From NCBI RefSeq assembly GCF_009914755.1, contig NC_060932.1: a stretch of DNA of 64,000 bases, one strand, 5' to 3'. Positions 1-14,073 of this stretch are shown here, piece after piece (position 1 is the stretch's first letter; every line of letters begins with the position of its first letter). This DNA comes from the human T2T-CHM13v2.0 reference genome, Homo sapiens. The notes beneath the pieces were generated by a model that saw only the letters and a program-made list of their open reading frames with translations, did no database searches and was not told the DNA's origin. A program made the translations under genes and the position numbers.

Positions 1-753
1 CACACCAGTCAGAATGGCTACTATTAGAAAGTCAAAAACCAACAGATATTGGCAATGATGCAGAGAATAGGGAATGCTTACATGCTGTTAGTAGGAATGT
101 AAATGGAAAACAGTATGGAGATGTCTCAAATAAACCATTTGATCCAGCCACGTCACTACTGGGTATCTACCCAAAAGAAAATAAGTTATTATATAAAATG
201 ACATCTGAACTTGCAGGTTTATAGCAACACTATGCACAATAGCAAAGTCATGGAACCAACCTAAGTGTCCATCAATGGACAATTGATGGATAATTAACGA
301 AACTGTGGTATATATATAATCACATATACCATCATGTGTATGTGTATATGTGTGTGTGTGTATAATATATATATATATATATAATCTCCCATGAAATACT
401 ACTCAGCTAGAATAAGTATGAAATCATGTATTTTGCAGAAACTTGGATGGAACTGGAGGCCATTATTTTAAGTGAAATAACTCAGAAACAGAAAGTCAAA
501 TATCACCTATTCTCACTTACAAGTGGGAGATAAACAATGGCTTCATATGGACATAAAGAGTGAAATAATAGACATTGGAGACTCCAGAAGGTGGGAAGGT
601 GGGAGGTGTGTGAGGAATAAGAAACTATCTATTGGGTACAATGTATACTATTTTGGTGATGGTTACATTAAAAGCCCAGAGTTTACCACTACATAATATG
701 TTTATGTAATAGAACTGTACTTGTACTCCCTAAATCTATAAAAATAAAAAAAG
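1..753 (+). mobile_element. L1 3' end (ORF2 C-terminus and 3'UTR, L1PB-like), running in from the left window edge
   Basis: L1 motifs 'tggaaccaacctaagtgtccatcaatgga', 'ttctcacttacaagtggga' and 'attgggtacaatgtatacta'; A-rich end at ~740-753; internal (TA)/(TG) microsatellite at ~310-383. Confidence 0.9.
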
Positions 754-776
754 TAGAGAGATGTGCATTTGAGGGA

Positions 777-778
<2 letters not shown>

Positions 779-818
<40 letters not shown>
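779..818. repeat. (TA)n microsatellite
   Basis: Direct inspection, about 20 TA units. Confidence 0.95.
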
Positions 819-822
<4 letters not shown>

Positions 823-879
823 AATTGCAGAGAATTATAAACATTTTAAAGAAGATCAAACATTAAAGCAATAATAAAT

Positions 880-1310
880 GTAATATTATAAAGTCTTCGG
901 AAGGTCGGAGAGGATTAGATTTTTGATTTTCCTTCTTCATCTTTCTATCAAATCTCAATTTATAGCCAATGGGAAGATCTAGGACCTTTATTCTACTAAA
1001 CATTATTTTCACTGTTTCAGAATTTTCATCATCACTATCATTAGCATCATCGAGAAACATTTATAAATCTCCAAGTAGCATGAGGTGCTCTAAAAAATAT
1101 ATCATTTTTGTCTCTTCTGATATCTCAAAACCTGCCTGGAAGGGATGCCTGAGCCAGTCTGCCCTATATACTTTGTACATAGCTGAAAGAAGTGCAGAGT
1201 TTTTTGCTTATCTGGGAAAATTTGTTTTTATTCTATTTACCAAGCTGACACCACATTCAGAAATAATGAAGATCATATAACTCCATTTTGAAGATGTTAC
1301 AGTTTAAAAT
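880..1310 (-). mobile_element. Possible hAT DNA-transposon remnant (transposase C-terminal dimerisation region)
   Basis: Minus strand near 1215-1270 reads IISECGVSLVNRIKTNFPR, resembling the hAT dimerisation motif (SxxCERxFSxxxxIKT), followed by acidic DDANDSDDEN; stop codons present. Confidence 0.4.
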
Positions 1311-1419
1311 ATGAAGGCTTGAACTACTAGAGTTTTATAAACCTTTGTGTCCAATATGAAAAGTATGCATAAGTGGTAAAATTTGCTCTCATGTTGTTTA
1401 ATTTCTTTGCTTTCAACTT

Positions 1420-1910
1420 GTATTGAAAACATATTTATGGAGCATCTAGTAAGTGCTAGCATTGGGCTGGTACTAGGAACAGAACCATGAAAGATGCTTC
1501 CTGCTTTCAAAGAATTTGCAGTCTGGTATGACCAAGAAAAATACAGAAAAGAAAATAAGTCACTTGCAAGTAACTAGGCATTATTCATGTTGAGCACATC
1601 ATGATATGTGAGCACATATAAGGGACTCTGGCTTGGAGGATCTAGGAAGGATTTTTTTTTTTTTTTTTTAAGATGCAAGATGTAATTTGGAAGTTGAGAC
1701 CTGAGAATGACTAGGACCTAGGTGAAGGAAGCAGGGAGAGCAAATACCTTTTTTACAGAGGGAACAATCTAAGCAAGGAGTCAAGGTCGAGATAAATCTT
1801 GGTTACGTTTAGGGTGACCTCAAGTTGCTCTTCATGGCTATAGCATAGAGTGCAAACGAGAAATAGCAAGAGACGGGACTGAAGAAGTAAGCAGCAGATA
1901 GCTTGGGAAG
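1420..1910 (-). mobile_element. L2 fragment
   Basis: 'aacatatttatggagcatctagtaagtgctagcattgggc...' resembles the antisense L2 3' end, followed by a purine-rich L2-like body. Confidence 0.6.
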
Positions 1911-3279
1911 GTACAGGCAACAATAATAGCAAATACTTCTCTAGTGATTATTGGAGCCAGGATTTATGCACAATAATGCATTTATAAAAGCTGTCTAAGG
2001 TCTCTATCATTGTAGAGACCAGGTAGTTGAGAAAGTGCACTGAGGTTAAACAACTTTTCTAAAGTTGCACCAGTGACTAGTCAGGCTGGTAAGGAGAGAG
2101 ATGTCAACTGCTCTGTCCACAGGATGCAGGCTCTGTGCACTACCAAACAGCCTCTCCAGGACCAAGCAATCTGAAGATTCAGATTGTGTCCTGAGCACAG
2201 CAGTGACACGTGCTTCCTTCCAGCTCTGCTGATGTGCATTCCACTTCCCAGAATGCACTCTGGGTATCTTTGCCTAAACTTTTAGAACTCTTTTGCCCCA
2301 TTCTACTGCCTTGAATTGGTAATGCTTGGGGGAAGAAAGGAAGAAAGAGAAGGAGGAAGAGGGGGAGGAGGGAAAAGCTAGTCTGAGGAATCAGCCCCTA
2401 GAGTGGTGAATATGGCTCTGGCAGTAGGTAAAGGAGAGCTATAAGGCACAGTGACTCAGGAGTGCATACGGGTCATATACACTAGATGAAGGTGGGCTTT
2501 GAAAGATGGAGAGGCAGACACTTGGATAACTTATGCAATAACAATACAAGCTGATAGTTATTCTAGTAGGGGAAGTGAGAATTACTTTGGCAGAACATAG
2601 CAGAAGCATATCAATTATTTTAGGCCACAGTTTTTTTTGTTGTTGTCGTTGTTAAAATAATGTACACTGGCTTAAAAAGCATTATAGTTTAATGAGAGAG
2701 GAAGGGCAAAAACCAATGAAAATATGAGAATAAATATCAAATAGGCACACAAACAATAGTAGTGATGAGGTGCTGGAACAACTTGAATGAAAAAAGCTAT
2801 AGGTGCGATGAAGGACTTCCTTGGGAATTAAGGGCATGGTGTTCTGCTCGATTTGGTGGTTTCATGTTTTATTGAAGCTTTGATCTTCCTTCCACATTCC
2901 TGCTCTAGGGCTCTCCTTGTTTATGACTTTTGCTCCTATGCTCCTATTTGCAAAGCCCCAAAGGTTGCCCAGGGTTAGGGGAAGATGAGTCTTCCAGGTA
3001 CCAATAGCCCTGCACCTTAAGAATCTTGGAGAAAGTAGGATATAAGCAATGATATGGAAGAGCAAATGGTGAGAGAAGAGGGAGCAAAGCATTGCGAGTG
3101 GAAGGATAGGCTGCTTGTTGTAGTCCTAGAGAAGCCACAAGGAGGAAGTGTGGCTTCCTATTCCAAGTGTGCAGAGAGCAGTACCCAGCTTATATGCTCT
3201 GAGGGCCTATGAGATGCCACACTCTGAACTACACATTTTATACATATTCTCTCATTCTCTTCTCTCAGTCACCCAGTGA

Positions 3280-3440
3280 ATCAAGTACTATGATTATCCT
3301 CTTTTTACAGATGCAGAAATTGAGGCTGAGGGGGTGACTAATAAGTAATTTTCCAAAACCACATAGCTGGTAACTGGTAGAGAATGTTTTAAACATCAAA
3401 CTTTGCTCAACTCCAGATCCCATTTTTAGAGCCATCCTGC
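3280..3440 (-). mobile_element. MIR SINE
   Basis: MIR core 'tttttacagatgcagaaattgaggctgag...aaccacatagctggtaactggtagag'. Confidence 0.75.
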
Positions 3441-4013
3441 TAGATAGACGAGCCTCCCTAGGACAGAGAAACAACAATTGTTCTAATATAAACAAACAGA
3501 AGGCATGTTTCAATCTACATGGCTCAGGATTGATTCTGGTAAGTTCTGCTTGAGGCACAGAACACAGAGGTAAATCAAGCCCTTCTTAGTAGATTGGAAG
3601 GCTGAGGCACAAAAGGCTCCGCCTGTATCATAAAGAAAATGAGCAGCCAAGTCAGTATAGGGTTTTGCTCACTTATGAGGTAGATTATTTAATTCTCTTG
3701 CATATGCTGCAGAATTAAGTTTCTGTCCACTTGATTGTTTTTGGTCTCAGAAAAAAGTTGTTTATGAATGACAACTACAGAACACAACTTGTGAATAATA
3801 AGGTGAGAGGATTCTTCTTCTGGTTGTTCTATTCCATTGCTGAAGGATTTCAGATTAATTGCGATAGAGCACACTGAATAATGCAGATTAGTGGCTGCAT
3901 TGCTTACGGGGAAATACTTTCACTGGATCCTTTGAAAAGTAGATTTTAAACAATGTCCTTAAGGATTCAACTCCCAACTTTAAAAAATGCATTTTAATAA
4001 TACCGTTTTGGAA

Positions 4014-4250
4014 GGTCAAATATGGTGTGTTCTCACTTATAAGTCGGAGCTAAACAATGAGTACATGCTGAAAAACAGAGGGGAATACTAGACATTGGCG
4101 ATTCCAGAAAGGGGGAGGGTAGGAGGAAGTTGAGGGTTGAACAAGTATCTATTGGGTACAATGTTCACTGTTCAGGTGATCGGCACACGAACAGCCAGGA
4201 CTTTACCACCATGCAATATATCCATGTAACAAAATTGCAATTGTACCACC
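4014..4250 (+). mobile_element. Short L1 3'UTR fragment (L1PB/old L1PA-like)
   Basis: 'tgttctcacttataagtcggagctaaacaatgagtacat...attgggtacaatgttcac...tccatgtaacaaaattgca'. Confidence 0.85.
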
Positions 4251-4317
4251 GTTTTTTTCATCACCAGTATTAGCCACATAAATGGCTTTCACTGATGGCT
4301 GAACATTTAAGTGTCTT

Positions 4318-4730
<413 letters not shown>

Positions 4731-5564
4731 CTAAAGACCATATTTTAATTGTAGCTAAGAACATGGCTCATTGCCATTGCTTTAAAAATCTCCAGGAATA
4801 CTGTACCTCTGATAACTTTTCATTCTTGTCTCCCATCTCATTAAGGTTTTCTGGCACTGACTGTACCTTGGCTTTATTATGTCTGCCAAGAGGCAGGCAG
4901 GAGAGGTGAAACTCATCTATAAAGGCTAACCACTTTTATTCCTAGTAAATATGTTACATTCCTTCTACAACTAGCATGTGAAAAATAACATTGTGATTTT
5001 AGGGTAAAATAACGAGTAAAGAGATTAAATACATTAACAGAAGGTGAATGAATATAAGTAGTTAAAAATTAGCAGTCTGTTTCATCAGTCAACTCCTGCT
5101 AGTTCAGAATTCCACTATCTGGAGAGATTTAATATTTGAGAAGTGAAAGCTCTGTTTTCTTCCTATTTCATGGGAATTGCTATCACTTGGAATTGCCTTT
5201 TTTGTACCTTACTTTCTCTTCCCAGGCTAAGATTTAGGTGGTAGGAAGAAGAGCAATAGTTTTAGAGGTGCTTTGATCATTTACATGTCATCTCCCTAGG
5301 CTGTGTGTTATTCAGACGGACTATGCAGATCCTTGACGTTTTCTTCTGTTATGTTGTCTTGTTATTTCATTTTTATTTCACCTACTAATACACCTGGGAC
5401 AAAGACTCCCGCAGAAACAGGCAATTTTTGCAATAGAGTAACAATTTATCAAAACTCTTGGTCAGATTAGCTCATCAAATTCCCTCAGACTCATCTCCCA
5501 CACCTCTTAGAGGATTTTTTTTTCCCCAAAAGATTCTTTTCCCTTTCTCTGAATTTGTGTTTCA

Positions 5565-5745
5565 CCCCTGATAGCTGTATGACCTTGGGCAAGACATTTA
5601 ATTTGCTAAGGCAAATTTTCCTTGTCTCTAAAATGAGGACATTACTTGCTATCTGCCTGAAGACTTTGAGATTTGAATGAGATAGGATATGTGGAGCTCT
5701 CTGTGAACTGTGGAGCCTACTGAAAGGGCTTATAAAGCATTAATG
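5565..5745 (+). mobile_element. MIR SINE
   Basis: 'agctgtatgaccttgggcaagacatttaat...ttccttgtctctaaaatgagga'. Confidence 0.75.
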
Positions 5746-6384
5746 AACGCCTATACTACTCTCTAATGTATGTACTTCTTCAAATTTTGAAGTCCCACAA
5801 TCTGATGTCTCGAAAAGCTTTCCATCATCTCTGTAATGCACTTCACAACTAAACACTTGTCCTTGGCATACCAGTTAGTCTGGCGCCTTCCTGCCTTGCT
5901 GAGAAGTAGAAGTGGGTCTCTTTAGCCTGTTGGTGGCTGAAGGCAATCTTCAGGGAAAATCACTTGCTCTTTCTAAAGTCAAAGGTCATTCAGTTTTGAA
6001 TTTCTAGTCCTTATGCTATTCATGGATTACAGACATAAGTATTAAGCATAAGCACACACTAGTATAAGCCTCAGTAGGCAATGTGAGAGATGAAGGGGAA
6101 GGAAATTGAGACATTGATTTTCCCAGCTCTCTTTGAAGGGGGGCCACAGACTGATTGTGTCTCTCCACTGCAGGTCTCTTTTCTTATTAGGTGTCCCGGT
6201 AATGCACCTACCTCGGTCTTCAGGGCTACTAGTGGCTATAGCCTGCCCCACTGTTAGTAGCACCAAAATATTGCACTGCCGAGAGGAGCAATGAAACAGT
6301 CGCTTCCTAAACAGTCCCTTACTAAGCATCTCCTAATTACTCATCTGTTTCCTGTTGGGGCCCTTACTGATTTAAGCAATAAAC

Positions 6385-6800
6385 AAGATATGAAAGACTT
6401 TGCTCATATGGAGCTTAGATTCTACAGGGGAAAGAGATGATTAACAATTAAACAAAAATAAGAAAGATAGGAATAGAGAAATTATCTTTGTGAAAAAAAT
6501 TAAAGTTTATTTGATAGAAAGAAACTAGGGTGTTGGGTGGGGTGCAGCATTAGAGAGGATAGCAGAGAAAACATTTTAAAGGAGGTGATATTTGAGGCCT
6601 GACTGCCAAAATGAAGAGGGAAAATAATGTGCAGGTGGAAGATAATCACTGGCACAAAGGTCCTGAGGTAGGAATGAGAAAGAACAAAGACACAGAAGGC
6701 CGGGATGGCTGGACACAGTGAGTTCAGGGCATAAGAACAGGAAGTAAGGAGCACATGAAAGGGACCAAGTGTCACAATGGCCAGCCTAGCACTAGTGAAG
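6385..6800 (-). mobile_element. L2 fragment
   Basis: 'ggagcttagattcta...ggcacaaaggtcctgaggtaggaatgag' resembles the L2 antisense pattern. Confidence 0.6.
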
Positions 6801-7995
6801 ACAGCCCTGGTGGAGATCTGGTTAGTCATGTACATGCACCAAGATTGCTTCGTTATATATACCAGATTTTTCTCCCTCCCTACCTAGAGACTCCAGAAAG
6901 ACAATGGATCAGTAATAATTTCCTTCTTACTGGAAAAAAAAGCTGTATTTAAAAAAATTTCATTGTGTTTTTTGAAAGTGTAAGTCAAACATCCCCTCAC
7001 CTCCAAATTATCTTTTTAAAAATATGCCTTGAGTTTCTCTCTTCCAGCCTGCCACTTTCCATCTCTGTGCTTGTCATCCACACATCTAGACCTGGGAATG
7101 TTTTATGCCATTGCAAAACTCTCTTCCAGAAAGCCAGTCATGCTTGCAGCTCATTACTTCTCAGACAGATCTTCCCTTGTGTTTTTTCCACCTTAAAAAA
7201 TGTAGAACCACTGCCTTTGATATGATTGCCAAGATCAGACCTCTCACTGCAGGTTTCCAACCCTTAAAAAACTTTCTTATCTCACAGCCGGCTTTGTTCT
7301 TGACCTCTTTAGCCACTTGGCAGTGCACTACCTTTTTTTACAGTGCTACTGGGAACCCCCAGCACAGCAACCAAGTCTGAGCTGCTGAGTTTGCAATGGA
7401 ACCTCCTACCCCATACCGATAATCAGAGAAATGGAAAAGGCTTGCGTTTGGGAAAAAAGTTTTGAACCATATTCTTCTAAAAGCAACTTAAAACATTAAA
7501 ACTAGAGACCACATAATACACATTTGAGTTTCTCTTTATATCAAGGTTTTTAAAAAGGCAAGGGATCTTTTTGATGATTGGATCACTATTTAGAGACTAC
7601 GGTTCTATTTCATTAGTATATTTAGCTCTTTAGTTTAAGAGTGTCTTGCAAGACACAGTTATATTGGGTCATCCAATATTTAGAACAAAAGAAACTTGTT
7701 AAAATGCTGGAATTTCAGAATGGAACAGTTTTTTTTGCGGGGAGACGACTTGCCCAAAGTGGGATACTGAGTGAGTGAGGGGAGATCTTGGAACTTTTCA
7801 CATTCATTCTAGGTTAGTAGCCTTGGCTTCTTATTGAAATGCTATGGACATTAACAGATGTTGAACATTCACAATTATGTTCATACCAGAGAGGAACGCA
7901 GGGGACTTGTCGCGGAAGTAAACACTCAGGGGACTGTTGTATCTTTTAGTTTGGTAACTTCAGACTGAACTGGCTTTAGCATTACTACATAATAA

Positions 7996-8009
7996 CCACT
8001 AGATGGCAG
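7996..8009 (+). promoter_or_regulatory. Candidate CTCF binding site
   Basis: CCACTAGATGGCAG matches the CTCF core consensus CCASYAGRKGGCRS in non-repeat sequence. Confidence 0.55.
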
Positions 8010-9012
8010 GAGTGAACAACATAAAATACAAAATGTAGCCTCTAATGGTAAAAAACTAGTTTTTCTGTTTCTCCTTTCCTTTCCCCAGTCTTCCCACTTC
8101 TTAGAAGTGCTTATCTTCTCTCATTCTACCACGTCTCTTCTCTCAGTTCCACACTGTATTTGTGTTTTTAGTTATAATTTTAAATAACTCTATCTGATTC
8201 TTCAGAATTGGATCGGAAAACCCGTCACACATACTTGAAATTTGAATACTAAAAATGCACAAAGTACTTTCTCGAATTCAAGAGGTCTTTCATAACTGCT
8301 TTATTCTTGAGCTGGGATAAATCTTCAGAGGATCTCAAGGCTCAGAAAGCCTTATGCTTTCAGCCCTGCACTCTCATGCTCTGGCAGGTGGCAGGGGAGG
8401 GCGGGTGTGGGGAAGAGCAGGACAGAAAAGAAGAAATAGGCTCAAAGATGTTTGCAGCTCTGTCTAAATCCATCAGCCGTACTCACGTTTCTGTGACATT
8501 ATCACAGGGGTGATTTGATAATGATTAAGGTGCTGTGCTGAAGTCATTCTTAAAACAAAGAAATAAACAATATCAACAACATAACTTGGCTGTAGACAGC
8601 ACTTGAAAAATGAGCTACCATTTTACTAACCCATTCTGTAGAGGAGTCGTCATCGTTTGAATAACAGCCGTGCCATTGAGCCTCATACTTGAGGGTGTGA
8701 TTTAGGCTTCCTGATCTCTCTCCTTCTTGGAGTCGTTGTTCTCTGCCAAGTAAATCTTCCTTTCTTTTTTAAAAATTTTTCCATTCTCCAAGGCTTCTCC
8801 TTTTGAAGACTGGGTTCTGGTTTCTTAAGCACAGAAGTAGAATTTTGTCCCCAAATCCCTCAATCATTCAAAGGCAGGCTTCATAGAGCTTCTCAGGGGT
8901 TAGCAGTGCCATTTGGGGGGACTTCTTGGGCACTGCTGGTAAGCCATGGGTTTTGAGAGATCCAGTTGTCAATTAAGGCATCAAGGAAGAGGTGTTTTCC
9001 TCCCTCCCTCGC

Positions 9013-9025
9013 CCTCTCTCTCTTT

Positions 9026-9066
<41 letters not shown>
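9013..9066. repeat. (CT)n-(CA)n compound microsatellite
   Basis: Direct inspection. Confidence 0.95.
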
Positions 9067-9068
<2 letters not shown>

Positions 9069-9409
9069 CTATTCCACAAACATGCAAATAAAAGAACACA
9101 CACTTATGCTAGTTTAAAATTAAACCTGTCCATACTAAATGAGATTATGAAAATCCCCTCTGATGTGCTGACTCACTTTTACCCTGATATATTTAATAGA
9201 AGTTAAATACCAGTTCTTGTCAGGAGACTAAAAGCAAAGAACAGACTACAAAGTGATGCAATTTCTGGGACCACAAACTCACTGGTAAGAGGTATATTTG
9301 CCCTAAAAAAACTCAGAGAATTCAGAGTATAGTAGTTTATTCCAATAGTTCTATGTAGGTCGGAATTGTGAAGTGGCATATGCACAGTAAGTGTGGTTGT
9401 TTTAGCTGA

Positions 9410-9800
9410 GTTGACTAGCTAATACTCTGATATGGTCACTTACTAGATGTAGATTTTTATCCAAGGTACTTAACCATTCTAAGCGACAGTTTTCTCATTT
9501 GTAAAATAAATTTGGTAACATCCACCCCACAGTGTTGTTCTGGAGTAAACTGAGATACCATATGTAAAGTGTTTGGCATTGTGCCTAGCTCATAGTAAGT
9601 GCTTAATAAATAGAAGGTATTAATTTGGAAACAATGGTAGAGAAGAGTAGAATGTGGACAGTGGAGTTCAAGAGGCCTTGGTTTAAATCCTACACTTCCT
9701 CTCTTACAGGCTGCAAGATTTTGGGTGAGCTACTCAATTCTCAGCTGTAAAATGATGATAATATCACATTGTTTACTGGGTTACTGTTCTGGCACTTGGT
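9410..9800 (+). mobile_element. Two adjacent MIR fragments
   Basis: 'cagttttctcatttgtaaaata...gtgtttggcattgtgcctagctcatagtaagtgcttaataaa' and a second copy starting near 9635. Confidence 0.7.
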
Positions 9801-9849
9801 AATAATTCTGCAAGTGTCAACTATTATTATTGACATTGCCTGTTCATTT

Positions 9850-10840
9850 CTTAAACTATTTATTGAAATCAAACCATGTTATGTGTTTAGCGCTACATTG
9901 AGTGCTAACAAGGAATATACACAAAAGTCATGTGATAGCACTTGTTTTCAAGAGGTTTACAGCTTTGTTGAGGAGGAAAAAAAGACAGGTGAAAACATGG
10001 TTGCCTAAAGTAACCATGTAAAATAACCAAGTGTCAGTAATAAATGACATGCTGCATAATCAAGTCTGGTAGATTTCAGAAAAGGTAGAGAATATTGGGG
10101 GCCACCATTGTTGGGATGGGCCTGGAGGAATGGTAAAGTCCTGGAAGGTTTTGAAGGATAAGTAAGATTTGCAGATGTGGGAACTTGGATGGAAATAGTA
10201 ACTTGCTATGGAGGAAAATAACAAGGGTGGAGGAAAGGCAGTCCTGGGGCAGATTACAATTTTAAATAGGGTGGACAGGGAACACCTCACTGAGAAGCCC
10301 TCAGGGGAAGTTGTTAGCTGAGAAAAGTAGATGAGGGAGTGACTCACAGGGATATCCAGAGAAATAACATTCAAGCCTGAGGGAACTGCAGATGCAAAGG
10401 CTCTCAGGCAGAAGCATGCTTGGAATGTTGGAGAAATAGCAAGGAGGCCAGAGTGGCTGGCATTGAGACAGCAGTGGGAAAAGTTGGAAAAGATGAGGTT
10501 GGAGAGAGATCATTAAGGGATTGAGTGTTGAGGGGAGCAGGCAGCTCATGCAGGGCCATGTGTGCCATTTTAAAGACTTTGGTTTAACTTTGAGTAAAAT
10601 GGGAAACCCATTGAAAAAAATTGAGCAGAGGAACAGCAAGACCTGATTTCTATTTACAAAGGGTCAATCTGGCTGCTGTTTTGAGAAATAGGCTATAGGA
10701 AGCCAAGGGTAGAAGCAGGGAAATCATTGAAGAGAAAGTTGTAATAATACAGGTGAGAGCTGATCACACGTTGGACTAAAATGCCGGAAGTTCGGATAGT
10801 GAGAGGTGGTTGGATTCTGGAATCCTAAATATATTTTGAA
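9850..10840 (-). mobile_element. L2 fragments
   Basis: 'tgcaaaggctctcaggcagaagcatgcttggaatgttggagaaatagcaaggaggccagagtggctgg' and 'gactttggtttaactttgagtaaaatgggaaacc', typical L2a antisense sequence. Confidence 0.8.
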
Positions 10841-11039
10841 CTAGCAGGATGAATCATACAAAAATAATGATCCCATGAGGTGCTTTTGAAACTATTAACC
10901 TTTGAACTCTTTCTTTAGATTTATTACATTTTAGAGATGCAGAGGAACATTGTGTATTTTAAAATCCTCTCTTTAACTCTGTAGCACTTTTATGGTTTGA
11001 GTCACCTCTTTCAACCTCCACTCTGTCTCTTTCACTGTA

Positions 11040-11105
11040 TATCCATCCCTCATCCATCCATCCATCCATCCATCCATCCACCCATCCATCCATCCCTCAT
11101 CCATA
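11040..11105. repeat. (CCAT)n tetranucleotide repeat
   Basis: Direct inspection. Confidence 0.9.
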
Positions 11106-11379
11106 CGTCCAATCCCTCCATTCATTGGAAACCCAAAGTTGCTCTAAGTTTGGGTTTAGGGACTAGTGCTAGTGATAGAGATGAATATAGTTCATGACTC
11201 AATTATTAAAAAGCTCATAGTCTTAATAATAGAGGCAGGCATTTAACAAGAAAAATAAAACAGTTTGAAAGGACCTGTGTTAGGTAGATTAAAGACACGA
11301 TGGGGCACAAAGAAGAAGGTGTTTAACACGATCTGCATCTTAGAAAATTCTTCACAGTTGAGGTGATAGTAAGTATCCT

Positions 11380-12170
11380 TTGCCCTCTGTCTCTTTAAAT
11401 GTAAGTATTTACAATAATTGTCGTTTAACCTTTGTGTTCTGTCTCCTTTGGAGATCTCATCCATTCTCACAACTTTATCACCTCTACTAGCATGTCTTCC
11501 AAATCTTTATCTTTAACCCTATGTCATCCAGGGCTTTAATTTTAACCCTGACCTTTCTTTGAAAGCCCTCAATTAAGTTTCACATGGTATCTTCCTGGAA
11601 TATTTGGGCCCTCACCATGATGGCCCCCGTTCTTCTAGTGTACCAGTTTGAAACTTTTGTTATCCGTGACTCTTCTCTGTTTCCTATACGTAAGCAATGA
11701 CCAAATCTCGTAGAATCTACCTCTGCAGTGTCTCTCTCACCCATTTGCTCTTGCTCCTTCCTATTGCCATCATACATCACTTCTTTGCTCCACTGTTGTA
11801 GTAGCCACATGTTATGGCTATGTCTTGCCTCTTGAGTCTGTCCTACACTTAGCCACCAGATGTATTTTCGTGTCCCTCTTATTATATTACAGCTCTACTC
11901 AACTGCTACCCATTCCCTATGTGAGCGTGAATGTGAACTCTGGCAAAATGTGGCACCCAACCAAACCTTATTTCCCATGATGTCCTTCTGCTCCTCCAAA
12001 CTGAGAGTCTCTTGCTTTCTTGCCATTATGCTATTTGCCATATTTTTCTGAATGTATGGAACAATCTCCCTTACCATCACTACCTTTTAAAATTCTGCCC
12101 CTACTTCTAAGATCATTTCAAAATTGTTCCTCTAAAGGTTGCCTTTTCTATTCTCTAAACCAAATAAAAA
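11380..12170 (+). mobile_element. Degraded L2 fragment
   Basis: Pyrimidine-rich L2-like sequence 'gatctcatccattctcacaacttt...ccaaatctttatct'. Confidence 0.55.
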
Positions 12171-13224
12171 TACTTATATACAATTATTTACTATGTAAAT
12201 TAATCATACAATTGTAATGTTTATGTATAAATTCAGCAAACATATCTACTATGTGTTTGGTAGTATGTGAGGTTAATTATGTTGGAACTATAACTAAAGG
12301 TATAGCTATTTCTTTCCAGAAGTTTATGGTTCAATGGGAGATGGTTTAAGTAAACACGGATATACTATGGTACAGGTAAGTTCTATGATACTGATAGGTA
12401 TATGTTATTAATCTGGTAAACCTGTGCAACTATGGGAGTACATTGGAAGGCCTCTGACCTGGTCTGGGTAAAGGTTGAAAGGATCAAACTTCCCAAAGCA
12501 GGGCAGAATTGGGTCCCTAGAACTCTTTTTCCTCTTTTTTTAAAATAATTTTTTTTATTTTTAATTTTTGTGGATACTCTTATTTTGGGGCTCAAATAAT
12601 ATATCAGAAAGCTTTGATGAGATCAGCTTTCTATATTTTTCCAGCATCATGTTTTCATACGAGTTGTCTGCAAGTTCTTTACTCTTGAATGAAGTCCCCA
12701 GTTTCACCCTAGAAATTTTCTGTGATGAATCCTGCTGTGATTCCCTCTGTCTCTGTGCTTCTTCTTGGGGAGGTGGAGTTCTGGGAATGTACATTTCTCA
12801 CACATGGCAATCATTGCAGACGATGAGAGTGTGTGAGTGAACTCTTACAAAACTGTCTACATTGCCCCTATCTCTTGTATCTTATTCTGTCTTATTGAAT
12901 TACCTCATCTCCTCTAGTGGAAAGGACATGCATGAGCTAGGCTCAACTTAAAATTTTTCAGGATTATTGTGATATTACATGAAGTTCTCTTTGCAATGTA
13001 CTTAACATAATACCTAGTCCATAGCAGGCTCTAAATGTGATATCTCCTGTCTGTCACCCAGGTCTTCACCCTCCACTGTTGTAAGCCTCTTGACAGCAAG
13101 AGTTGGGCTTGACATCTTATCTCTGTTATCACTTCGCATGAAATAAGTTGCATAGTAGATGCTCAATAACCAGTATTATTTAATTTGAACTCTTTTATCT
13201 TTAGGAAAGTGTGATAAAATTCCA

Positions 13225-13400
13225 AACATGTTGGCTTTCAAATTTGGCATTCATAAGAATATCAAAGAAAGTTTGTAATAAATTCAGATTTATGGGGGCT
13301 CTGATGCAGTTATTTTAATTCTGTAAAAGTGGGGTGGAGCCCATTAATCTTCATTTTTAAATAAGCATTCTAGATGATTCAGTTGCATTTGGTCTGAAAT
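13225..13400 (+). mobile_element. MER5-type hAT-Charlie MITE
   Basis: 'ttcaaatttggcattcataagaatatca...ttttaaataagcattctagatgattc'. Confidence 0.55.
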
Positions 13401-14073
13401 CGGAAAACAATGCCCAAAGATATGAGATGATTTGTCTGAGCTCATCTAAAACAGCCAGAAGTCCAGCTTAAGTCTGACTTTTTTCGAAGATGATGGACAT
13501 CTGGTTGAAACATCTGTAAGTAATGATGCTGGGTACATGAATTTTCCTCCCTTCTCTTACTTTTTGAGGATTCACACACCTGGGAGTTTTCGGTTTCTTG
13601 TTTTTGTTACTCATCTTAGCTCAGAGACCTCCTATCCTGAATATACTTTCTTTGTCTTTAAGCAGAGTTTATTTTGTTTGATGTACCCCAGTTCCATTTG
13701 GGGTACATCAATTTTGAAAGGAAGTAGAGCTACCTAATGACTTCAATATATTCTTTTTGATTCCTATACTTTTCAGAGCATTATCATAAAGTAGAAATTT
13801 TGTTTTGAAAATGAAGTATATTGGCACAATATTTTTTGAGCTGTTAATTTTTCAAATGAATATGTATTAATGCTTCTGTCTACAGAGTTCTATCAGACAG
13901 AAATGATTCTGTTTTCATTTTTTACTTTTTGTAAATAGCAATAACATTTCTAAAAAGGGGAAATGATGAGACTAGAACCAATTTTAATTATTTCAAAAGG
14001 AATACCCCCCATCTGCTGCCAATTAGTGGAAGTAGTTCTTAATTTAGAGGTTCCCATTTGATGTACAGGATAT

